From positions 1,056,001 to 1,120,000 of the forward strand of contig CBDAOB010000003.1 of assembly GCA_965197905.1 (NCBI GenBank): DNA of 64,000 bases, given 5' to 3'. Shown piece after piece: positions 18,306 through 27,491 of the stretch (position 1 is its first letter; each line of letters opens with the position of its first letter). Both the position numbers and the translations under genes were made by a program. The stretch is from Candidatus Latescibacterota bacterium (GTDB lineage Bacteria; Latescibacterota; UBA2968; UBA8231). The notes beneath the pieces were generated by a model, which was given only the letters and a program-made list of their open reading frames with translations, did no database searches and was not told where the DNA came from.

Positions 18306-21246
18306 CCGACTCGGAATGACCATCAAAGCGGTTGGGGCAGCCGCGATGCTTTTATTGTTCGGCACCGGTGCAGACGCCCAGGTTGTACTGGAAGAGACGG
18401 CAGCCACCCGACATTATCTGCGTTGGGAGCGACCGTCTTACCAGAACTACGCCATACAGAACTACCGCAACTATCCCAATCACGCCGTGCCGTACGAGGA
18501 TACGCCCCGTGCTATCTACGACGGCATGGGGAACTATCTCTCCACGGGATACGAGCTCTACGGCTGGCAAGAAACCCGCACCGCCGGCCTGGTATACGGC
18601 AGCCAAATCTACAAGGAATCCGCCCTGTCGGAAACCGGCGGTGCCTGGATGAAGGTGTTCGACAGCACGGCAGTCGGGCGCGACGGCTACGGAGGCTGGG
18701 GATACAGCTTGATCGTGGGGGACGGCCTGATCTCGCGGTTCACGCCGCTAACCTTGTCAAAAACGGATTTCAACGGTGTTAGGTTGGATGTAGCCACTCC
18801 GCTTTTGCAGTTCACCGGATTGGCGTCGCGGATCGAACGCCCCCACGCCTATCAAGAGAACGCTACTCTCTGGAATATTGCTAACACCCATTACGCCGAC
18901 GATTCGGTCATGTTACTGGGTGGCCGTGCTCAGGCCGACGCCGGTTTGATGGAGCTGGGTCTGAATGCAACGAGTCTGCATGTGTTCCGCAGCACCATGG
19001 AGGGGGCTGAACTGAGGGGGCGATTGCGGCCGGACCAGCCCTTGGCTGACTGGATCATCGTTCGCTTCTCCGACGACTCGCCGCGTGATGGCAGCGCCGG
19101 CGCCGCGGTGCAGGACGTACAACTCATCATCGATGGCGTCGCCAGACCGGATCTAGTCCCCAGGGCGATCCGGCACCACGCCGGAATCAACCCGCAGGTG
19201 GGCACCTTGTCAGCAGCCACCGGCGAATTTCGCGCTGTGCCGTACACCACAGTACAGACCCGGTCGTCGGGAACAACCATTTATCGCGACAAGGAGATTC
19301 CGCTCTTTGCCGATTATCTCTACGTCATAGATCACCAGGACGGCATCGACGTGAGCGGTGCGACCAACATCGAGGGGCTCCTGTCGGGGTTCCAGGAGGT
19401 AGCGCCTGCGGAATTTAATACCGCCGACGGTGAGGACCAGCTGGCTTACCTCTTCGACGTGTCCCGGGAGTCAGACGTTACTGACGTCAAGGTGGAAGCC
19501 CTGCTCGCCAACGACTACCGGGTCGACGTGGCGTTGTTGCACAATAAGAGTCCCCGTGCCAGGAACTACTACAGCATGTTCTTTTCCACCTTCTACGATC
19601 CGGTATTGCGGGCCAAGGGCAATGTGCAGGATCTCTCCAATGCGAAACGAGTGCGCGTTGCGGTGGGCGAGCACACCGGATTGTTCACCTATAGCGCCGA
19701 TCTAAAGCTGGCCCTTCCGGGATTGGAGATCGTCGGCGAGTACGCCCGCTCGTCGCGGTATTCGCGCTATCCTTCCGTGGTAAACGGTGAGCCGCAGTTC
19801 GAGGAAAGTTCCCACGCCGGCAGACACGGCTCCGCATATTATCTGAACGCGACCCACTGGTTCGGTCGCGGTCGCGTCGGCGGTGAATATTTCGCCATCA
19901 ATCCGGACTATCAGACCGAGCTTCGCACCTACCTTCAATGGGAGCAACCGTTTCAGTACAGCAATCTCCGCGGATCGGCCAACAGCACCGTCTACTGGGA
20001 GCTGGTGCAGGACAACGATGACGGAGACCGGATCCCCGATCGTCGTATCGGCAATCTGACCGGTTTCGGCAACGACAATCGCGGTGACGATATCGATGGC
20101 GTCTGGCTGGGACAGGACGAAGACAACGACGGTTTCCCCGAGACCAATCGGGATGGAGATCGCATCCCCGACTACGAAGAGCCGTTTCTGATGTACGACG
20201 TGGAACCGAACGCCTACGTCTATGGTCTCGATCGCAACAATAACGACGAGCCCGATCAGCGCGAAGACGACATTGAGATCGACTACCCATACGATTATGA
20301 CCAGCGTGGCATCCACCTGTTCGGCAGCGTCGACTTGACCCGGCATTGGTCGCTGGCCGTCGGCCGTTATCAGACCGAACAGATCGCCGGCCCCGGCCGC
20401 AATCGCTCCTCATACGCCTTGCTGCAGTATGGGAGGGAGGGTATAAACCGCCTCCGTCACGTGCGCTTCGAGAGCGGACTCCGCCGCCTCCAGGACGATA
20501 TCCTCGATTCCTACGTGGTGATGGACGAAAACCCCGACCGCACGCGGAGCTTCGGTTTCCGCGGTCTGGGCAGATGCAATTGTGCCGAAGCATACGTGCA
20601 GGACTATCCACCGGTCTTCTCCGGACGCGTTGTTCGCGATTTGGGAAACTACATGGACAGTTACGTGAGCGAGAGCTATCTGGAAGGCACTGTCCAACCC
20701 TGGGACAACCTCAATCTGGTCCAGAAGGTCCGCATGCGATTGAACTGGCAACAGGGCGGACGCCTTTACAACAACCAGTTCCAGCGCGAACGTCGACTGG
20801 ACTTCTGGTCGTGGGTGAGCCGCGTCGATTATGCCTGGCGTTGGAGCAAGCTGAGCTTCTCGCCCCAGTACAAGTACATGCTGCTGCGCCTAGTCGACCA
20901 GGAGCGGGATTTGAGATTGCGGTCAGAGACTCGCTCGATACCAACCTTGCGACTCGAGTATCAGTTATTGCCTCGAACCGTCCTGAAAGCGGGACTGCAG
21001 GGGTTTGGTCCGCTTCCCTACCGTCGCGAGGAGCATTCCAATCGCAACAGTTTCGAGCAACGGACTACCTTCGTGAACCTCACCAACCTGTCCGGCTATT
21101 TCGGCTATCAATTGGTTACCATCGTCGGCATCAATCGGGACCGCAAGGAGTTCGATACCCGCTTCCAGGATTTCAGAGACTTTGAAGACCTTACCATTTT
21201 TGTCCGCGCCATGATCGGATTCACTGATCTCGGCCCGCCGCTGTAG
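18295..21246 (+). CDS. Large hypothetical exported/outer-membrane protein; paralog of 1..2409
   Basis: Signal peptide ...AMLLLFGTGADA-Q; Asp-rich DxDxDG-type core; alternating aromatic/hydrophobic strands in the C-terminal third. Confidence 0.85.
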   Translation: MKSDRLGMTIKAVGAAAMLLLFGTGADAQVVLEETAATRHYLRWERPSYQNYAIQNYRNYPNHAVPYEDTPRAIYDGMGNYLSTGYELYGWQETRTAGLVYGSQIYKESALSETGGAWMKVFDSTAVGRDGYGGWGYSLIVGDGLISRFTPLTLSKTDFNGVRLDVATPLLQFTGLASRIERPHAYQENATLWNIANTHYADDSVMLLGGRAQADAGLMELGLNATSLHVFRSTMEGAELRGRLRPDQPLADWIIVRFSDDSPRDGSAGAAVQDVQLIIDGVARPDLVPRAIRHHAGINPQVGTLSAATGEFRAVPYTTVQTRSSGTTIYRDKEIPLFADYLYVIDHQDGIDVSGATNIEGLLSGFQEVAPAEFNTADGEDQLAYLFDVSRESDVTDVKVEALLANDYRVDVALLHNKSPRARNYYSMFFSTFYDPVLRAKGNVQDLSNAKRVRVAVGEHTGLFTYSADLKLALPGLEIVGEYARSSRYSRYPSVVNGEPQFEESSHAGRHGSAYYLNATHWFGRGRVGGEYFAINPDYQTELRTYLQWEQPFQYSNLRGSANSTVYWELVQDNDDGDRIPDRRIGNLTGFGNDNRGDDIDGVWLGQDEDNDGFPETNRDGDRIPDYEEPFLMYDVEPNAYVYGLDRNNNDEPDQREDDIEIDYPYDYDQRGIHLFGSVDLTRHWSLAVGRYQTEQIAGPGRNRSSYALLQYGREGINRLRHVRFESGLRRLQDDILDSYVVMDENPDRTRSFGFRGLGRCNCAEAYVQDYPPVFSGRVVRDLGNYMDSYVSESYLEGTVQPWDNLNLVQKVRMRLNWQQGGRLYNNQFQRERRLDFWSWVSRVDYAWRWSKLSFSPQYKYMLLRLVDQERDLRLRSETRSIPTLRLEYQLLPRTVLKAGLQGFGPLPYRREEHSNRNSFEQRTTFVNLTNLSGYFGYQLVTIVGINRDRKEFDTRFQDFRDFEDLTIFVRAMIGFTDLGPPL

Positions 21247-21248
21247 CG

Positions 21249-22379
21249 TCATCCCTCGATCTCTAGATAACTACCCTGTATGCAGGTTACTCCGTCCAGC
21301 TCCTGCCCGTAATAACACACGAACAGTTTTCCCGGTTCGTATTCGATCGTCGTCGGATATCCCAAGTCCCTGTTGGGAAGGTTGTTTCGAACGATGATCT
21401 CCTCGTCCGCCAGCCAGCTCCGCCCTCCGTCTTCCGAGAGACTCCCATAGATTCCGAACGGCGCTCTCCGGCGTCCGTAGGTGCACAGGAGGCGTCCATC
21501 GGCCAGTACCAGCAGGTGTCCGGGAATACCGTCCAGCGGAGTAACCTCGGGTTTGCTCCAGGTCTTGCCGCCGTCCGTCGACCTGCACGCGCGTAGGTAT
21601 TGGCACCCGTTCTCCAACCAATCGCTGCGCAGTATACAGATCAACTCTCCTGGCGCCACCTCGGCGATGTCAGGTTCGCAGAAGAGGCCGTCGGGGAAAT
21701 CCGCTATCAGCACAGGAGGATCCCAGGTTGAACCACCGTCATCCGAGAACACGATGTAGGTGTGCCTGCAGTTACTGGGATGTTCGGTGACGGCATAGGC
21801 CACCCGGTCGTCCTCGAGGTGGATGACGCCGGTTCGCGAATAACCCTCTTGATACGGGCCGGCGTCGATCTTGACGGTATGCTCAAAGCTGTTGCCGCCA
21901 TCGTTGCTGAGATGGGCATAAAAACCGTGACGCCCGCGAGCCCAGGTGCGCTCGGCATCCTTCCATTCGTCTTCGCCGAACTCTGCGGTAAAACCCCTGC
22001 CCGGCAGTCTGATCTCTACCGGGACGCCGTCGGCGTGTAGTTTTTTCGCCAGCCCAAGGGGATACCAGGCGAAACGGAACTGCGTGAGAACCACCGAGCC
22101 GTTGCGAAGTTGTGCGATACCGGGACACTCGGTGCCGTACCAGTCGAAATCAGGGGCGAACCAGGGTTGCGACCAGCTCCCTCCTCGGTCGGAGGACCGC
22201 GCCAGCAGGGTGCGGAAAAGCGGATCCCCCGGAGGGTGGTCAAACGGTTGACGCCGCCGGCTGTGATTGAAGGCCGCCAGCCAATCGCCGTTCTCAAGAA
22301 CCGCTATCGATGGGTGGGAGATGTAGGCGAAGTCGTCTTTGTGAACGGTGATGGATCTACCTACCGAAATCTTTGACAT
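21249..22379 (-). CDS. BNR/Asp-box sialidase-family protein
   Basis: Asp boxes SSDRGGSW, SNDGGNSF, SDDGGSTW, STDGGKTW and SEDGGRSW; DLGYP near the C-terminus. Confidence 0.8.
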   Translation of the reverse strand: MSKISVGRSITVHKDDFAYISHPSIAVLENGDWLAAFNHSRRRQPFDHPPGDPLFRTLLARSSDRGGSWSQPWFAPDFDWYGTECPGIAQLRNGSVVLTQFRFAWYPLGLAKKLHADGVPVEIRLPGRGFTAEFGEDEWKDAERTWARGRHGFYAHLSNDGGNSFEHTVKIDAGPYQEGYSRTGVIHLEDDRVAYAVTEHPSNCRHTYIVFSDDGGSTWDPPVLIADFPDGLFCEPDIAEVAPGELICILRSDWLENGCQYLRACRSTDGGKTWSKPEVTPLDGIPGHLLVLADGRLLCTYGRRRAPFGIYGSLSEDGGRSWLADEEIIVRNNLPNRDLGYPTTIEYEPGKLFVCYYGQELDGVTCIQGSYLEIEG

Positions 22380-22543
22380 GTCGAAATCCTCGATTGCATT
22401 GGTGAAAGGGAGAAAGCTCTACAATCGATTGAGCGCTGTCGATGGGGATCGGGGGAACTGCAAAGGTGGCGTCTGGCCACGCTGAAAAAATCGGACTACT
22501 ATAACGGCACAGAGTGGCAGCAATCCTCATCCAGGAGAATTCG

Positions 22544-24088
22544 ATGATCTCACCCCTGCGCAACGAGCGTCACCCTTACGCCTTGCCCTCGAACATCATC
22601 TACTTCTTCGACTGGCGCTACGTGCACCATGGCAGCCATTCCAGCTGGCTGACAGCCTCTGGCGAACGCAAGCGTTTCTGGACTACGGATCCGGTCGAGC
22701 CGACGTTGCACATTCCCGGCTACATGCCAAGCGGTATACGCCTGCGGGCAAAACCGGCGCAGAAGACCGAACCATTTCTCGTGCCCGAGGGGGACGAGGA
22801 CATGATCTGGTCCGGCGGCGTGGTTATCCATGAAGAAGGCCGTTACCGTCTGTGGTACGAGACCGCCGGCAAAGAGCACATCGATCACCCCAAGTACAAC
22901 ATGGGTTCGTTCGACTATATCCGTTACGCCGAATCGGACGACGGCGAGACCTGGCGCCAACCCTCCCTCGGCCTGTTGGAACGGAACGGCACCAAAACAA
23001 ACAACCTCGTCTATGGTGTCCCTTTGATCGACAACACCGGTCTGCACGGGGCTACGATCTTCAAGGACCCGTCGGCGCCCCCAGAGGAACGATACAAGAT
23101 GTTTCATACGGGGCAGATGGGTGGGGACATGAAGGAGGGCTATCTGCGCGATCGTCCCAACGAGCTGGGTGCTCAGTCGCACGCGGGTGAGAAGCTGGAA
23201 GGGTTCTTTGGCGCCGTCTCTCCGGATGGTTTGGGCTGGACTCCGTTGAAGGATGCGCTGATCTCGCAGGTGAGTGACACCCACAATGTGTGCGAGTACG
23301 ATCCGGTGTTGGGGCAGTATGTAGCTTACTGTCGCAGCCATTACCTCATGCGGCGCAGCATCGGTCGTCTGGCCAGCTCCGACTTCAGGCGTTTCCCCTT
23401 GTCGGAGGAGGTGTTCTGGCCCAATGCTACCAACGAGCCATACGATCTGTGGTACGGCAATGCCAAGACGGTCATGCCCGGAACCACCGACTACCACATC
23501 ATGTTTCCGCTGCGCTGGCGTCTGATCGATGACTCCTTTGCCTTCTTGCTGGCCGCCAGTCCTGACAACGTGATGTGGAATCCTGTGCCGGGTGGTCCGG
23601 TATGTCGCCCGGGAGAGCCCGGTGACTTCGACTACGGTACCGTAGCTGCTGGCGTCGGTGTGGTGAATCTGCCGGGCGACCGCATGGGGGTTACCGTCGG
23701 CTGCTCGAGTCACGGGCACAAACAGCAGCTGCGGCAACGGCCTGACGCGTCGATCAACTGGGCGACCTGGAAGAAGGGCCGGCTCGCCGCGCTCGAAGCA
23801 CCCGAAGAGGGTAACTTTCGCACCTTCCAACTGACCATTCCCCAGCGGCGTGCCTATCTCAACTTCAAGACGGCGGTAGGGGGCCGCGTCGAGGTGCAGG
23901 TGTGCGACAGCAAGTACAAGCCGATTCCCGGCCGCGGCTATGAAGAATGCGATTGGCTGGTCGGGGATGAGACCGACAGGGAACTCGCATGGAAAGGGGA
24001 GTCAGATCTGGGCCACGAAGGTGACGGACCGATCTCCCTCTCCTTCCGCCTGCGCTGTGCGGAGCTCTACAGCGTGGAATTCAGGTGA
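22544..24088 (+). CDS. Uncharacterised glycosidase-like beta-propeller protein
   Basis: YRLWYE, YAESDDGETWRQPSLG, FKDPSAPPEERYK, SPDGLGW, WKKGRLAAL and FRLRCAELYS; AGGAG RBS. Confidence 0.75.
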   Translation: MISPLRNERHPYALPSNIIYFFDWRYVHHGSHSSWLTASGERKRFWTTDPVEPTLHIPGYMPSGIRLRAKPAQKTEPFLVPEGDEDMIWSGGVVIHEEGRYRLWYETAGKEHIDHPKYNMGSFDYIRYAESDDGETWRQPSLGLLERNGTKTNNLVYGVPLIDNTGLHGATIFKDPSAPPEERYKMFHTGQMGGDMKEGYLRDRPNELGAQSHAGEKLEGFFGAVSPDGLGWTPLKDALISQVSDTHNVCEYDPVLGQYVAYCRSHYLMRRSIGRLASSDFRRFPLSEEVFWPNATNEPYDLWYGNAKTVMPGTTDYHIMFPLRWRLIDDSFAFLLAASPDNVMWNPVPGGPVCRPGEPGDFDYGTVAAGVGVVNLPGDRMGVTVGCSSHGHKQQLRQRPDASINWATWKKGRLAALEAPEEGNFRTFQLTIPQRRAYLNFKTAVGGRVEVQVCDSKYKPIPGRGYEECDWLVGDETDRELAWKGESDLGHEGDGPISLSFRLRCAELYSVEFR

Positions 24089-25239
24089 AGCAGATGAAGA
24101 TCACGGACATCAAGACCTACACCGCCCCCTCTGAACAGTTTCTGGTCAAGGTGGAAACCGACACTGAGCTCTTCGGCTGGGGCGAGGCCGGATTTGGCAT
24201 GCGGGCTCTGGCCGTGGATGGGGCCGTGCAGCACTTTCGGCAGCTGTTACTGGGCGAGGATCCGATGGAAATCGGTGCCCACTGGCAGCGCCTCTACCGC
24301 AGCCACTACTTCGAAGGCGGCCGCGTGCTGACCTGTGCCATGTCCGGCATCGACATCGCGCTGCACGATCTCGCCGGCAAAGCGCTTGGGGTGCCGGTTT
24401 ATCAGTTGTTGGGTGGCAAGCAGCGGGATTTCATCCCCTGTTTCGCTACGACGCTGGCTCGCACGCTTGATCAGCTGATCAGTGAGGGCCAACTGTTGAT
24501 GGACCAAGGATGGAAGGTGATTAGAACTTGGATCGGCTTCGGTGAGGTGGAAGCGGGGGGCCAATTCGAGCCGAGGGAGTCGCTGGCGTTGACGGCGGAG
24601 TGGCTCACGGCACTGCGGGAAGCGGTCGGATTAGAAGCGGTTATTGGCGTCGACTATCATCACCGCTTGACCGTGGCGGAGGCCGCTTCATTCTGTCAGC
24701 GCATGCCGCCGGGGACCCTCGATTTCTTGGAGGAGCCGATCCGCGATGAGACCCCGGAGGCGTACGAGTCGCTGCGGACGATGGTGGATGTGCCGTTCGC
24801 TATCGGCGAGGAGTTTGCCAGCAAGTGGGATTTCCGGCCCTATCTGGAGCGCGGCATCACCAACTACGCACGACCGGATATTTGCATCGTCGGTGGCCTC
24901 ACAGAGGCGGTCAAGATTGCCGCGATGGCGGAGGCTCACTACATCGATCTCATGCCGCACAATCCGTTAGGACCCCTGTGCACCGCCGCGACGGTTCATC
25001 TGGCCGCCGCCATTCCAAACATGGCGTGGCTGGAGATTCGCGAGTCGCCCACCGAGCACGCGGGCCGTTACGACACAGCAGTCTATCCGGTGCAGCCGGT
25101 GGCTGAGGGACCGAACATCCTGGTGCCCGAGGCACCGGGATTGGGAGTGGAGGTAGACGAATCGCTCCTGAAACCGCCGTCCGACTCCACCCGAAAGCTG
25201 TACCTGCGCCGCCGGGATGGGTCGATAACGAACTGGTAA
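24085..25239 (+). CDS. Mandelate racemase/muconate lactonising (enolase superfamily) acid-sugar dehydratase, DgoD-like
   Basis: MKITDIK, GIDIALHDLAGKALGVPVYQLLGG, metal ligands D-YHHRL/EEP/GEE and PHN; GTGA overlap with the upstream gene. Confidence 0.9.
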   Translation: MKQMKITDIKTYTAPSEQFLVKVETDTELFGWGEAGFGMRALAVDGAVQHFRQLLLGEDPMEIGAHWQRLYRSHYFEGGRVLTCAMSGIDIALHDLAGKALGVPVYQLLGGKQRDFIPCFATTLARTLDQLISEGQLLMDQGWKVIRTWIGFGEVEAGGQFEPRESLALTAEWLTALREAVGLEAVIGVDYHHRLTVAEAASFCQRMPPGTLDFLEEPIRDETPEAYESLRTMVDVPFAIGEEFASKWDFRPYLERGITNYARPDICIVGGLTEAVKIAAMAEAHYIDLMPHNPLGPLCTAATVHLAAAIPNMAWLEIRESPTEHAGRYDTAVYPVQPVAEGPNILVPEAPGLGVEVDESLLKPPSDSTRKLYLRRRDGSITNW

Positions 25240-25261
25240 TGGATCAAAGGAAAGAAGGACG

Positions 25262-26137
25262 ATGAGCGAATACAGCAGTCCCTACTCATCTTCGCAGCGC
25301 TGGCTGCGGGGCAACCTGCACGGCCATACCTGTTGCAGCGGTTTTATGGATGTGTCGGAGAGCGGACCCATGTTCGCCCGGCTCGGGTACGATTTCATGG
25401 CCGTGACGGACCACAATATGGCACCCGACGAAGAGCAGTGGCGCATCTGGCAGGAGCAGGCTGGCTTGATTCTGATTCCGGGGGAGGAAAACGGCGAGCA
25501 GGGACACATCCTGGAGATCGGTGTGCATCAGGTAACCCCGACACCCAACGACAACTTCGTCGAGCGCGCGGTGGCTCTGCGGAGCGGCGATGGCTTCGTC
25601 GCAGCTTGCCACCCTCAGCAGTATGATGACGGGCCCGAGAACGTGAGCGCGGCAGCGGAGACCCTGCACGCCTTCGAGATCTACAACGGGTTGCCAGAGC
25701 AGCGGGGCCTGACCGAAGCGGCCAACATCAGGCTTTGGGATGAGATGTTGACTGCCAGTAAGCGGATTTGGGGGATCGCCACCGATGACTTTCACTTCGC
25801 GTTCACTTCGCCGGGACATGGTTGGGTTTGTGTCCAGGTCCCTGAAGAGGAAAGCGATATCACCTGGGCGCTGATTGTCGATCAGTTAAAGGCGGGTGCT
25901 TTTTTTGCTTCCACATCGCCAGGGTTCACCGAAATCATGCTGGAAGGGGATGAACTGCGGGTTTGCGCCGATACCTACGTGGAAAGATTACAGGCAATAG
26001 GACCCGCAGGTACCGTACTGCACGAGACGGATGGCAATGTCATGACCTGGCAATGTCAACAGGGTTTATCCTACTTCCGCATCGAAGCAATCGCCGGCAT
26101 AAAACTGGCTTGGAGCCAACCATTTTTCCCGTCGTGA
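25262..26137 (+). CDS. PHP-domain (CehA/McbA-like) metallohydrolase
   Basis: WLRGNLHGHT, GYDFMAVTDHN, CHP, EIYN, ATDDFH and AWSQP. Confidence 0.85.
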   Translation: MSEYSSPYSSSQRWLRGNLHGHTCCSGFMDVSESGPMFARLGYDFMAVTDHNMAPDEEQWRIWQEQAGLILIPGEENGEQGHILEIGVHQVTPTPNDNFVERAVALRSGDGFVAACHPQQYDDGPENVSAAAETLHAFEIYNGLPEQRGLTEAANIRLWDEMLTASKRIWGIATDDFHFAFTSPGHGWVCVQVPEEESDITWALIVDQLKAGAFFASTSPGFTEIMLEGDELRVCADTYVERLQAIGPAGTVLHETDGNVMTWQCQQGLSYFRIEAIAGIKLAWSQPFFPS

Positions 26138-26202
26138 CATTTCCAATCGCTGGATAGCACAAATTTTGTTGAACAGCCGCTAGCTCTCGAGCGCAACCTG
26201 GC

Positions 26203-27435
26203 CTAGCGAAATCGATGTATTAGTTCATTCACCTGGTCTCGCGCCATCGATCCCTCCTGCAGCAAAGCAAACACGACCATGTTGATCCCCATCTGCAACT
26301 GTGGTTCGTTGCGGTATTCGTTTTGCCAGGCAACTCCGTACGCCTTGTTGGAATAGACGACGGCGAGACGACCGTCGATGAAGATGCCTTCTAAGTACGG
26401 CACTCCGCGTTGGAAATCCGCCACGCTGACCGTCTCGAGATCTTCTGGATTCCGCGCCGCAGGTCGGATCGCCGGTGGGGGGCCGTCGTCAAGGTCGTAG
26501 AAGCTATGGTAAATCGGGTGGTCATTGGGGATGATACGAAACCGTCCGTACACCCCGAGCGCGTCCTTGAGCATCTGTCGCAGGGAGGCCTCGGCGGGTG
26601 AGTATTCCATCCATGGATTGGCGTTCTCCACCAGCGCGAATCCACCCTTGCGCAGATACTCCTTGAAATTCGCCAGCTCAGTCTTCGTCGGTTCGAACGC
26701 CTCGTCGACCGATAGGTAGATGAAGGGCGCGCGGAAGATCTTCTGGGATCCGAGGTCGAGGTGGGGATCGACTTCCGCCCGAATTCGTGTTCTCGTGTTT
26801 ATTGCTTCCGCGAGTTCGACGACCGCTCTCGGTGTTGCCGGTTGCCAATCGTTGCCCCATGCCAGCGCCAGGTAGATAAAACCGTCCACGAACTGCTTGT
26901 TCGTCGGGTGCGGCAGCAACAAGCCTTTGTACCGTCCCGTATCGAAATCCAAAATATCGAGCATATCCAACTGCCGCTGCCGCTGGCTCCCGGGATCTTT
27001 CTGAATGTCGAGGGAAGCACGTTGTGGCTGAGGTTCGATCTCCTCCACGTGCAAATCGCTGCCCTCGTCTACCTCCTGCCGCAGCGACCTCGTGCCTCTG
27101 GTAAGATCTTCGCGGCGGATTTCCGGCACACCTGTCATCTCCGGCCAAGCCGGTATCACCTTGCGGGTCATGGTCCGCTTGGCGATTTCTGTTTTCTCGA
27201 CACGGAACGGGTCCTTCATGCGGGCTTGGCGGATGATGAGCCTCATCTCCAGAGGTTTTGGCACCGATCTTTGTTCTTCGGTCACCTCCAACACCGTCGA
27301 GAGCAAGGCCAACAAGACCAGGGCGACTACGCCACTTGCGATCTGCAACCGGCGCGAACGCCTCAGTCGTTCGACACTAAGCCAATAGGACGGCCCTCTG
27401 AACCGTCTTTCGTTCAAGTTACGGCCATCTGCCAC
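26203..27435 (-). CDS. Membrane-anchored DUF4159-domain protein
   Basis: N-terminal TM helix; C-terminal PFIY, YLRKGGF, HPIYHSFY, LEGIFIDGRLAVVYS and QMGINMVVFAL. Confidence 0.75.
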   Translation of the reverse strand: MADGRNLNERRFRGPSYWLSVERLRRSRRLQIASGVVALVLLALLSTVLEVTEEQRSVPKPLEMRLIIRQARMKDPFRVEKTEIAKRTMTRKVIPAWPEMTGVPEIRREDLTRGTRSLRQEVDEGSDLHVEEIEPQPQRASLDIQKDPGSQRQRQLDMLDILDFDTGRYKGLLLPHPTNKQFVDGFIYLALAWGNDWQPATPRAVVELAEAINTRTRIRAEVDPHLDLGSQKIFRAPFIYLSVDEAFEPTKTELANFKEYLRKGGFALVENANPWMEYSPAEASLRQMLKDALGVYGRFRIIPNDHPIYHSFYDLDDGPPPAIRPAARNPEDLETVSVADFQRGVPYLEGIFIDGRLAVVYSNKAYGVAWQNEYRNEPQLQMGINMVVFALLQEGSMARDQVNELIHRFR

Positions 27436-27491
27436 GTTGTACGCGCATTTCTTAAGTTACCTGCAGGTTTATAGATACGCCGAGCTGGCTT

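Noticed and set aside
22550..23830. 426-aa antisense ORF
   Set aside because: It lies opposite a well-supported gene and has no motifs; expected from high-GC codon bias.
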